Source of the DNA: a virus
Lineage: Duplodnaviria > Caudoviricetes
IMG/VR virus record: IMGVR_UViG_3300030330_001673
Coordinates: 1 to 36,471 of that record
DNA length: 36,471 nt
Direction: 5' to 3' (one strand)
A program made the translations under genes and the position numbers. The notes below the pieces were generated by a model, which saw only the letters and a list, made by a program, of their open reading frames with translations, was not told where the DNA came from and searched no databases. The first letter of the stretch is position 1, and each line of letters begins with the position of its first letter. Shown piece after piece: positions 16,876 through 23,957 of this stretch.

Positions 16876-17214
16876 ATGACACAGACTTACACAGTTGAAG
16901 AGTATTCGCAAGACACTAGATCGTTTGAGATTGAATCAAACATCATACTTCCAGAAGAAGTAATAAGGGATGTTTACTATGAATGCGATTTTATAAAAGA
17001 TGTTGAGTATGATTTGACTGATGCAGTACGGGCCCATGACTTCTGGGAAGATGCAAAACTTCCTGATGACCTTAAAGTTACAATTACTTTTGGGGGCACG
17101 GAGTATGGCGATGATTGCCAAGTAGAAGTATACAGACACACAGAAGATGGCGCATCTGTATCTTTTGAAGGCAAAGGTGCTGAAGATGTACCTGATTACG
17201 GAGACAAAGTCTAA
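16876..17214 (+). CDS. Highly acidic hypothetical protein (possible DNA mimic)
   Basis: 112 aa with about 30 Asp/Glu against about 9 Lys/Arg by manual count; first gene of its operon. Confidence 0.7.
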   Translation: MTQTYTVEEYSQDTRSFEIESNIILPEEVIRDVYYECDFIKDVEYDLTDAVRAHDFWEDAKLPDDLKVTITFGGTEYGDDCQVEVYRHTEDGASVSFEGKGAEDVPDYGDKV

Positions 17215-17732
17215 TGGACATGAACTTCCCGGTAAAAAGGAATGAGTTGGGGGCTGACTGGCAACGCAAGTATAAAGTTTTTATAATGCACGGCTGGTCA
17301 GGCTCCGGCAAAACTACTTACGTAAATGAAAATATAAGAAATTATGGTAAATACATACAGAATGTTGACGTTGTTTGCTCTGCTGACGATTACATGATGG
17401 TTGACGGCGTGTACAGCTGGCAAGCTGACAAGCTACAGGATGCACACGAAAAATGTCAGACTAAATGCGAAGAAGCCATGAAAGCAGAAGTGCAAAGAAT
17501 ATGGATAGATAATACTAATACCAAGAAAGAAGATTGTGAATTTTATATTATGAAAGCAATTGAGTATAAGTACCAAGTCTTTCACATTTTTTGCACACAT
17601 GAGCTGGGCCGGTATAATGGTAAGGCACCCTTCCACGTGGCATTAGACCAGCAAGTAGAAATGTATAGAAATTACGGCATTGGTATTGACCCACAAACAG
17701 TTAAAGATTTTGCATTAGACAAGGAGCAATAA
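17214..17732 (+). CDS. P-loop kinase (AAA_33, N4BP2/polynucleotide-kinase-like)
   Basis: GWSGSGKTT, CSADDY, AH..CQ and IDNTN motifs. Confidence 0.85.
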   Translation: MDMNFPVKRNELGADWQRKYKVFIMHGWSGSGKTTYVNENIRNYGKYIQNVDVVCSADDYMMVDGVYSWQADKLQDAHEKCQTKCEEAMKAEVQRIWIDNTNTKKEDCEFYIMKAIEYKYQVFHIFCTHELGRYNGKAPFHVALDQQVEMYRNYGIGIDPQTVKDFALDKEQ

Positions 17733-17734
17733 AA

Positions 17735-18547
17735 ATGAAAGATTATATTTCAGCTTCACAGATAAATACGTACCTTACTTGTGGCAGAAAGTACATGTAC
17801 AGGTACGAACAAGGTTTAAGAATACCTTCATCATCTGGCGCTCTCATACGTGGCAGAGCAATAGACGAGACAGCAAACGATCATTTCATAAAGAAAGCTG
17901 ACGAGTACGCAGAGACATTTGACACTGGTTTAAATAAAAACGATTTTGTTGACTTGGCTGTCACCAAGCACGATGAGATTGCAGATATAGAGACACCAGA
18001 CGATTGGAAGAAAGAAGCAGATACAAGCAGAGACAAGACAAGTAAATTTGCAGACTTGTATCACGGCACGCATGGAGACAAGCTAAAAGCTAAAGACGTA
18101 GACTCTGTGCAAAAAGAAATCAAAGCTCACATTAAGTTTCCAGAGACTGAGATAAGTGAGTCATTAGAAGTAGATTTCTTAGGATATATTGATCTTATTG
18201 GTGCTGACAACACTGTGGTCGACAATAAGGTAAAAGGTAGAAACACATACGGCAATCTTGCAAGAGACTTGCAGTTGGCTTTGTACTCATGGGTAACTGG
18301 TATTAAGAAGGTAGCAATTGCGCTAATTCTTGATAAAAAAGAACCTGAGTCAAAGTACCTTACACGCAACATACCAGACAGCGGTCGTACAGCTGTTCAA
18401 AATAAGATGTACGATGTTGTGACTGGCATAAAGAAAGGCGTTTTTTTACCAGCACCAGAAGGTAGCTGGGCATGCAGTTCTAAGTTTTGCGAGTTTTGGA
18501 ACATCTGTGATTATGGTGAGAAAGCCGGGAAGGACACATGGAACTAA
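17735..18547 (+). CDS. PD-(D/E)XK nuclease, Cas4/RecB-like exonuclease
   Basis: ISASQINTYLTC, GYIDL, VVDNK, QLALY and C-terminal CSSKFCEFWNIC cluster. Confidence 0.88.
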   Translation: MKDYISASQINTYLTCGRKYMYRYEQGLRIPSSSGALIRGRAIDETANDHFIKKADEYAETFDTGLNKNDFVDLAVTKHDEIADIETPDDWKKEADTSRDKTSKFADLYHGTHGDKLKAKDVDSVQKEIKAHIKFPETEISESLEVDFLGYIDLIGADNTVVDNKVKGRNTYGNLARDLQLALYSWVTGIKKVAIALILDKKEPESKYLTRNIPDSGRTAVQNKMYDVVTGIKKGVFLPAPEGSWACSSKFCEFWNICDYGEKAGKDTWN

Positions 18548-19176
18548 AAGTAAAAGAAACAGACAAAGAATCAGGTGACATTTTATACGAACCTGTGGAA
18601 GTGCCTGTGCAAAAAAAATACGTTGCTGATACTGGTAGCGTAAGCTTTATTTTTGATGAGCTACAGCCGCCGGCTGGGGGCCCATCAGCAAATGGCTTTT
18701 GCGGTATGACTAAAACTATGGCCACTAAACTACAAAACGTACTAGCTACCATCGACAAGGGCAGTATGGTAAAGGTAACTTTAGTAGACAAGATGAACAA
18801 TGGCCAACAAGGTTACAGAAATATCGTAAGACTAGAACCTTTGGACATAGGTGGTGAACCTGTTGTTACAGAACAATCAACTCAAGAAGTGGCAAAGCCG
18901 GTTGTAAATACAAAAACAATTGGCCGTGTACCGCCAGCTTGGGAAATGGGTGTTGATTACAACGACAGAAAAGACAATAAAATTTGTTTGAATGTTGCTT
19001 GTAATAATGCTGTAGCAATGTTTGGTCACATGTCTACTCTCATGAATGATAATAATGCAGACTGGAGAGAAGATCATGCACCTAAATACCAACAGACTTA
19101 CGACTTGGCTATTTCTTTAATAGAAAAGCTAGCTTCACTAGAAATAGAAGAAGAAGAAGTTGTAGATGAAGAATAA
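18538..19176 (+). CDS. Putative ssDNA-binding/recombination protein
   Basis: Beta-rich OB-like N-half ending GYRNI, acidic C-terminal tail (EIEEEEVVDEE), and position between exonuclease and initiator. Confidence 0.5.
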   Translation: MELKVKETDKESGDILYEPVEVPVQKKYVADTGSVSFIFDELQPPAGGPSANGFCGMTKTMATKLQNVLATIDKGSMVKVTLVDKMNNGQQGYRNIVRLEPLDIGGEPVVTEQSTQEVAKPVVNTKTIGRVPPAWEMGVDYNDRKDNKICLNVACNNAVAMFGHMSTLMNDNNADWREDHAPKYQQTYDLAISLIEKLASLEIEEEEVVDEE

Positions 19177-19828
19177 ATTTCCAAACAATTGGGAATGGCA
19201 GAGCAGTGCAAGTGGTAACACGCTCCTTATACTACTTGCACTTGCCCGCTTTAGTAAAAAATACGAATCAGGAATTTATTATACAGGGACAGCTACTGAT
19301 TTAGCTAGACTTACAAAACTAAATGTTAGAACAGCACAGCGTGCAATAAAACAGTTAGTTGACACTGGGGTAATTACAAAAGGTGACGACAATATGTCGT
19401 TAACAAAAAATATGATTGTAGTTAAAACAGCGACAATATGTCGTTTCTTAAATAAAGAGAGCGACAATATGTCGCAAGAGAATCTTTCCCCCAATGAATA
19501 TAATAATCTAGATATACATACTATATATAATTCTAACCCCCTATCTAAAGGGCAGATTGATTACATAAGGAGCAAGTTTAAAAACGTAGACATTGATTTA
19601 GAAGTAGAAAAATTTAAGGATTACTGGTCTAGTAAGCCAGAACCAAAAACTTGGTCAGGTTACAGAAGGCTGTTAACATGGCTAGACAAAGCAGAAAGGC
19701 AAAACAATGAAAGATTTAAAGGCAACAGATTTTCACGGGGTAAAGCAAACCCAGTCACAAACCAAATTGACGAAAGAACAAGAGCAATTGCAGAAAGGCA
19801 ACGAAAACTTAGGGAAGGTAAAGTGTAA
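19166..19828 (+). CDS. Replication initiator (wHTH, lambda-O-like)
   Basis: wHTH (TDLARLTKLNVRTAQRAIKQLVDTGVI), internal iterons, and a C-terminal EKFKDYW...LLTWL domain; precedes DnaC. Confidence 0.8.
   Translation: MKNKFPNNWEWQSSASGNTLLILLALARFSKKYESGIYYTGTATDLARLTKLNVRTAQRAIKQLVDTGVITKGDDNMSLTKNMIVVKTATICRFLNKESDNMSQENLSPNEYNNLDIHTIYNSNPLSKGQIDYIRSKFKNVDIDLEVEKFKDYWSSKPEPKTWSGYRRLLTWLDKAERQNNERFKGNRFSRGKANPVTNQIDERTRAIAERQRKLREGKV
19387..19474. repeat. Three palindromic iterons CGACAATATGTCG (putative replication origin)
   Basis: Exact copies at 19387-19399, 19431-19443 and 19462-19474, followed by an AT-rich tract at ~19493-19535. Confidence 0.85.
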
Positions 19829-20603
19829 TTGTATGGTGCCAAGCGGTACGTCACTACCTAATCCGTGTGATTTAGTATCTCATGACGTCAGAATTGCAGA
19901 ACTTACAAGTAAGTTTTTACAGAAAGGCGTGTGTACATGCGAAGGACTTGAGTATGTAGGTTTTCATTTTCCTGTACAGCACCCTGATTTTGGTAAACTG
20001 GCAAGATGTATTTGTGCAAGAGAAACCCAAACACAATCTAAAAAAGACTTTTTAATTAAATCTAGCAGGCTAGTAGAAAATAAAAGTTTTACAGATTTTA
20101 ATTTAAAACTTAACCCTAAATGCAAGGAAGGTTATGACATGGCATTTGAGTGGGCACAGGGCAGAAACACACCAATAGTTATGTTGTACGGCCAAACTGG
20201 TGTTGGTAAAACGCACTTAGCTGTAGCCGCTTCATGGGCAAAAATAGGTTTAGGGCATCCGGTATTGTTTTATAGTAGTGCTGAATTAGTAAGAAAACTA
20301 CAATCAGGCGTTAACGACAATACACTTGATGACACCATAAATAGTGTGAAATCTGCACGTAATTTAGTAATTGATGATCTTGGAAGAGAGTACACTACCA
20401 ACTGGACAACTGCCATATTTCATGAAATTATTGATTACAGATATAATAACAGAAACGACATCAACACATTTATTACCACAAACCATTCTTTGTCAGAGCT
20501 AGAAACAATACTTGGATTACCTGTAGTTAGTAGACTTACAGACCATGTAGCTAGCAGTGTTGTAATAATGGATGGTCAAGATGTTAGGAACAAGGACAGA
20601 TGA
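19707..20603 (+). CDS. dnaC: DnaC/IstB-like helicase loader ATPase
   Basis: Zn motif CTC...HPDFGKLARCIC, Walker A GQTGVGKTHLA, Walker B LVIDDLG, ITTN and SRL. The start is uncertain (19707 or 19833). Confidence 0.9.
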   Translation: MKDLKATDFHGVKQTQSQTKLTKEQEQLQKGNENLGKVKCNCMVPSGTSLPNPCDLVSHDVRIAELTSKFLQKGVCTCEGLEYVGFHFPVQHPDFGKLARCICARETQTQSKKDFLIKSSRLVENKSFTDFNLKLNPKCKEGYDMAFEWAQGRNTPIVMLYGQTGVGKTHLAVAASWAKIGLGHPVLFYSSAELVRKLQSGVNDNTLDDTINSVKSARNLVIDDLGREYTTNWTTAIFHEIIDYRYNNRNDINTFITTNHSLSELETILGLPVVSRLTDHVASSVVIMDGQDVRNKDR

Positions 20604-20740
20604 AAGTAGAAATAAAAAAAGAATTAGTTGTTGAAATAAAAAACATGGTTGGTGACGATGAACATTTTAAAAATAAATTAGAAGTTTTAGCAAACATATT
20701 AATTAAAGATGAAATTAAAAGACACAAATCACATTCATAA
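20600..20740 (+). CDS. Small hypothetical protein (46 aa)
   Basis: MKVEIKKELVVEIKNMVG...; ATGA overlap with the dnaC stop. Confidence 0.55.
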   Translation: MKVEIKKELVVEIKNMVGDDEHFKNKLEVLANILIKDEIKRHKSHS

Positions 20741-20864
20741 ATTTATTTACCCGCCCCCTGATGGGCCCGTATCTGTAGGAAAGTGCAAGTGTGGAGCTAA
20801 GAAAGAAGGCTACAACAGCATGGATGGCAGGTTTGGAAGTGTATGGAGAAAGAAAAATGGATAG
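20709..20864 (+). CDS. Small His/Cys zinc-finger-like protein (51 aa)
   Basis: MKLKDTNHIHKFIYPPPDGPVSVGKCKCGAKKEGYNS...; fills the gap and overlaps both neighbours. Confidence 0.65.
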   Translation: MKLKDTNHIHKFIYPPPDGPVSVGKCKCGAKKEGYNSMDGRFGSVWRKKNG

Positions 20865-21240
20865 ATCAGTATGGAAAAATTGGGAACGTAAAGTTGCAGA
20901 GTGGTTTGGCGGTGATGCTGTTAACGCAAGAAGAATACCTGTAACAGGTAGGCAGTCAGGTGATGTGCCTGATGTAGAAACCATTAAGTTTGCCATAGAA
21001 GTAAAAGCAGGCAAAGTTGTTAGCACAAGGACACTGAAGGCAGTTGACCAAGCTAAGAAAGCTGGTGCTTCTACTAATAAAATACCGGTGGTAGTGCAAG
21101 TGCATAAAGTAAATAAAACTGTAGCAGTGCCGCTTGTAACACTTGATTTAGCTACATTTCTTAAACTTACAGAAGGCATACGTAAAGAAGAAAAAAGAAT
21201 AAAGAAGAGCCTTGACTCAAGCAAGGAACTAGGAATATGA
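20857..21240 (+). CDS. Holliday-junction-resolvase-like PD-(D/E)XK nuclease
   Basis: WKNWERKVA...PDV...IEVK. The likely start is ATG 20857 (MDRSVWK) rather than GTG 20791. Confidence 0.75.
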   Translation: MDRSVWKNWERKVAEWFGGDAVNARRIPVTGRQSGDVPDVETIKFAIEVKAGKVVSTRTLKAVDQAKKAGASTNKIPVVVQVHKVNKTVAVPLVTLDLATFLKLTEGIRKEEKRIKKSLDSSKELGI

Positions 21241-21512
21241 ACCGCAAAGAAATAGAACAAAAGATATTAGATTACTTTGGTAATGACTTGTCAGGTACTG
21301 AAGTGTTGTTACTAGATGGCTTGGATAGTGCTTTCATAGGTCTTGGCCAAAACTTTGACAGAACAATAGCTATCTATGATAGGCAGAAGTGCATAGAAGT
21401 GCTTATGGAAGAGCAGGGCATGACAGATGTAGAAGCGGTAGATTACTTTGAGTACAATGTTACCGGCCAATTCCTAGGACCTAACAACCCTGTGTTTGTA
21501 GAACTATTCTAA
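21237..21512 (+). CDS. Conserved hypothetical phage protein
   Basis: DGLDSAFIG...YDRQKCIEVL...MTDVEAVDYFEYN...GPNNPVF, a pattern I recall from aquatic phages. Confidence 0.75.
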   Translation: MNRKEIEQKILDYFGNDLSGTEVLLLDGLDSAFIGLGQNFDRTIAIYDRQKCIEVLMEEQGMTDVEAVDYFEYNVTGQFLGPNNPVFVELF

Positions 21513-21618
21513 AAATTCATTCTTTGTTGGGAAATTTTTAGAACGTGTCCAAACTTAGAATGGACAGTTTTTATAACTACTTTTTAGAATTTCCCAGCCA
21601 ACCTAGAATTTTACAAAC

Positions 21619-21647
21619 TTGACAAAACATATCACCTGATATATAAT
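21619..21647 (+). promoter_or_regulatory. Perfect consensus sigma70 promoter with operator ATATCA-CC-TGATAT (21629-21642)
   Basis: TTGACA-N17-TATAAT exactly; the palindrome fills the spacer. Confidence 0.9.
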
Positions 21648-21685
21648 AGTAATATCAATTAACAACTAAATAGAAAGGTGCATTT

Positions 21686-21865
21686 ATGAGAAAGTGCGAA
21701 AAATGTGGTAGCCGTAGTAAAAAATACAAGCTAGGTGATAGCTATCAAACTTGTAACGATTGTGGCAACAAACAAGAAAAAGACAAATTTTCACTTGCGT
21801 GGGAAGCAAACATGCAAGCATTGATTGCTAGAATTTATGCAAACGATGATGGTAACGAAGAATAA
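21686..21865 (+). CDS. Small zinc-ribbon protein (59 aa), monocistronic
   Basis: MRKCEKCG...TCNDCG...; AAAGGTG RBS, with its own promoter and terminator. Confidence 0.8.
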   Translation: MRKCEKCGSRSKKYKLGDSYQTCNDCGNKQEKDKFSLAWEANMQALIARIYANDDGNEE

Positions 21866-21880
21866 AAAACCTTAAGAATC

Positions 21881-21915
21881 AAAAAGACCGGGCATCACTG
21901 TCCGGTCTTTTTTTT
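21881..21915. terminator. Bidirectional rho-independent terminator
   Basis: aaaaagaccgggca-tcac-tgtccggtcttttttt, between convergent genes. Confidence 0.88.
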
Positions 21916-21962
21916 ATCAATACAACCAGCCAGAAAGGAAGCTAGTTAAAATAATTATACTA

Positions 21963-22118
21963 CTATTCTTCTGATTCTAAAACTTTAAATCCAAGCCCAA
22001 TAATGCCACCTACACAGCCAGTAGCAATCTCATTGTATTCAAAGAAAATGCCTAAGCATGACAATATCCCCAGTACAATAATTGCTAAAAATATTTGTGG
22101 TCTAAGTTTACCCATCAT
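21963..22118 (-). CDS. Small two-TM membrane protein, holin-like (51 aa)
   Basis: MMGKLRPQIFLAIIVLGILSCLGIFFEYNEIATGCVGGIIGLGFKVLESEE; last gene of the late operon. Confidence 0.65.
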   Translation of the reverse strand: MMGKLRPQIFLAIIVLGILSCLGIFFEYNEIATGCVGGIIGLGFKVLESEE

Positions 22119-22231
22119 CTTTTCTTTTTCTTTTTCTTTTTTCGTAGAGCTTTAAAATCAGCTCCTGTTATTTTATTTTTTGGTTTAGCTGCTCTAGCTA
22201 TTCTTCTTTGTCCAGAACTTAATTTTGCCAT
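22115..22231 (-). CDS. Basic microprotein (38 aa)
   Basis: MAKLSSGQRRIARAAKPKNKITGADFKALRKKKKKKKR; coupled at both ends. Confidence 0.75.
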   Translation of the reverse strand: MAKLSSGQRRIARAAKPKNKITGADFKALRKKKKKKKR

Positions 22232-22524
22232 TATGCCCTTCTCTTTTTTGCTTTGTTTCTTTTAGTAATATTAGCCGCTTTCTTTCTAGCATCAGCTTTG
22301 CTTGTAGCTCCCCATGCCCTTAAAGATAGAAGCAACCTAGTTGGTTTACCATCTTTATATTCTGGGCCCTTGTTACCAGCCATACGAGCTAAGAAAGATG
22401 CTCTTCTTGGATTGTCGCCACTTTTTACAGGTCTTTTAAGGTTAGCACCTGTTGTTCTTTTAAAATGTGCCCTACCAGCGGCGTTTAAACCACCTTTAGG
22501 ATTCTGAAATGCTTTCTTTACCAT
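22231..22524 (-). CDS. Basic conserved phage protein (DUF6321-like)
   Basis: NPKGGLNAAGR...NLKRPVK...RRASFLARM...LRAWG. Confidence 0.75.
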   Translation of the reverse strand: MVKKAFQNPKGGLNAAGRAHFKRTTGANLKRPVKSGDNPRRASFLARMAGNKGPEYKDGKPTRLLLSLRAWGATSKADARKKAANITKRNKAKKRRA

Positions 22525-22766
22525 TAAGCTCTCCTAACTGCACGTGCAATGTTTTTTGAATATTTAACTCTACTACCAACTCCACCTGCTTTTTTCTTCT
22601 TTCTGTTAGTAGCGGCTTTCTGTCCTTTAGTTAATCCAGCCCTTACTGATGCAGGTAAATACCTACCCCTTTTACTCTTTGGCTTTTTTTTGTCACTAGC
22701 TGATACGTAATCCCATTTTTGAGAGCCCCATCTTTTTAGTGATCTTTGCGATTTTGCCAGTGCCAT
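22524..22766 (-). CDS. Basic conserved phage protein (DUF5872-like)
   Basis: LAKSQRSLKRWGSQKW...RYLP...AATNRKKK. Confidence 0.72.
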   Translation of the reverse strand: MALAKSQRSLKRWGSQKWDYVSASDKKKPKSKRGRYLPASVRAGLTKGQKAATNRKKKKAGGVGSRVKYSKNIARAVRRA

Positions 22767-22987
22767 TATTTATAACCACCACCAGCTGCTTTATACCTAC
22801 GTGCAAGCATTTGAGCTTTTCTAGCAGACCACTGTCCGGGTGCTCCACCTTTATTGCTTGCTTTTATAGAATTAAACAAGCGTTTTCTCATAGCAGGTTT
22901 AGTGTAGTTACCTGCTTCATTCACCCTAGACTTAGTTTTTTTAGGTCTAGATGTTTTCCTCGGTGACCTTCTTGTTCTACTTGCCAT
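22766..22987 (-). CDS. Basic conserved phage protein
   Basis: VNEAGNYTKP.MRKRLF..IKA..KGG.PGQWSARKAQMLA..YKAAGGGYK. Confidence 0.75.
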   Translation of the reverse strand: MASRTRRSPRKTSRPKKTKSRVNEAGNYTKPAMRKRLFNSIKASNKGGAPGQWSARKAQMLARRYKAAGGGYK

Positions 22988-23198
22988 TTCCTTTTAATAT
23001 TCCTAATCCGTTTTTACCAGCTAACGACAACCATTCTTGTGGTGTCACTGATCCATCTTCAAGTATATCAGCAAATAGCTTCCCTATTCTCTCAAGTTCT
23101 TCTTTTTCATCTACATTTTTAAGTGTAGCTAAAAAAAACTTAACAATATTCTTGTAAGGTTGCGGTATTAGTGGCATGAGTGATGTAAATAATCTCAT
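22977..23198 (-). CDS. Hypothetical protein (73 aa)
   Basis: Coupled ORF within the microprotein cluster; amphipathic rather than basic. Confidence 0.65.
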   Translation of the reverse strand: MRLFTSLMPLIPQPYKNIVKFFLATLKNVDEKEELERIGKLFADILEDGSVTPQEWLSLAGKNGLGILKGNGK

Positions 23199-23401
23199 GT
23201 TCCTACTGCTTTCTGTGATTGTTTGTGGGCTGCTGTAAATGATGTTCCCTTAGCCATACGTCTTTTCATATCTCTAAGGTGTTTCGCTGTGTGGTGCTTA
23301 CTATGTTTTTTCATAGTTTGTTGTTGTCTTGCTGTAAGGCCTGATAAATTTACGCCTTTTACAGTTATTGCTTTTTTCTTTTTTTTAGTACCTTCTGCCA
23401 C
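23195..23401 (-). CDS. Basic His/Lys-rich phage protein (68 aa)
   Basis: LTARQQQTMKKHSKHHTAKHLRDMKRRM..G.SFTAAHK; GTG start with AGGAG RBS. Confidence 0.75.
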   Translation of the reverse strand: MAEGTKKKKKAITVKGVNLSGLTARQQQTMKKHSKHHTAKHLRDMKRRMAKGTSFTAAHKQSQKAVGT

Positions 23402-23492
23402 CTGTTCTCCTAGTCATAGTTTTTTTAGCGCCATTTCTTTTCTTTTTAGGCCTACCAACAGCTTTTCCATACGTTCCTTTACCTTTTGGCAT
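23385..23492 (-). CDS. Basic microprotein (35 aa)
   Basis: MPKGKGTYGKAVGRPKKKRNGAKKTMTRRTGGRRY; AAGGAG RBS. Confidence 0.7.
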   Translation of the reverse strand: MPKGKGTYGKAVGRPKKKRNGAKKTMTRRTGGRRY

Positions 23493-23649
23493 TTTTTTTC
23501 TCCTTAAGTTCAGCTATTTCTTTATTTAATTCTAATACTTTTTCATGCAAAGATTCAACTATGCACTTTAATCTAAGGTTTTCATCGTTAGCTAAAACTT
23601 TTTGCATAGCTGACTCTGTTATTACAATTTCATTGCTTGGTGTAGTCAT
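23479..23649 (-). CDS. Small coiled-coil protein (56 aa)
   Basis: MTTPSNEIVITESAMQKVLANDENLRLKCIVESLHEKVLELNKEIAELKEKKNAKR; AGGAG RBS. Confidence 0.65.
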   Translation of the reverse strand: MTTPSNEIVITESAMQKVLANDENLRLKCIVESLHEKVLELNKEIAELKEKKNAKR

Positions 23650-23657
23650 ATCTTCTC

Positions 23658-23957
23658 CTATAACTCAGCTTCTATTCTAGGCAAACCAACTTCATCTAGC
23701 ATTTCATTATACCTGTTTAAGGCAACAGTATCTAATGTCCAATCAGTATCGTATGTAAAATAACCAGAAAAAAACTTTGTTGGTGCAGTTACACCTGTAA
23801 CTACTTCATGTGTAGCATCAGTCATATCTTGGTCGTATATTCCACCATTATTATATGTAGAGCCATTAGAGCCTAAACTCACTACATCATTATCATTAAG
23901 AACTGCTATTACTAAATTATCTGATTTTCTTTTTATTATTTTAGCCATACTAACCAC
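23658..23957 (-). CDS. Tail-associated small protein (possible fibre assembly factor)
   Basis: 99-aa ORF after the receptor-binding genes; the start may be the second Met (MAKIIKRK). Confidence 0.6.
   Translation of the reverse strand: MVSMAKIIKRKSDNLVIAVLNDNDVVSLGSNGSTYNNGGIYDQDMTDATHEVVTGVTAPTKFFSGYFTYDTDWTLDTVALNRYNEMLDEVGLPRIEAEL

Noticed and set aside
17735-18547. Cas4-like nuclease as evidence of a CRISPR system
   Set aside because: No repeat-spacer array or other cas gene is present; stand-alone Cas4/RecB-like exonucleases are common in phage recombination modules.
19707-19828. Programmed frameshift fusing initiator and DnaC
   Set aside because: No clear slippery heptamer was seen, and an AAAGG RBS precedes ATG 19707, so a plain overlap or a later start explains it.
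20715-21260. 181-aa minus-strand ORF and the many other short ORFs opposite long genes (for example 26248..26808 and 6942..7331)
   Set aside because: They are antisense to well-supported genes, lack RBSs and have shadow-like composition.
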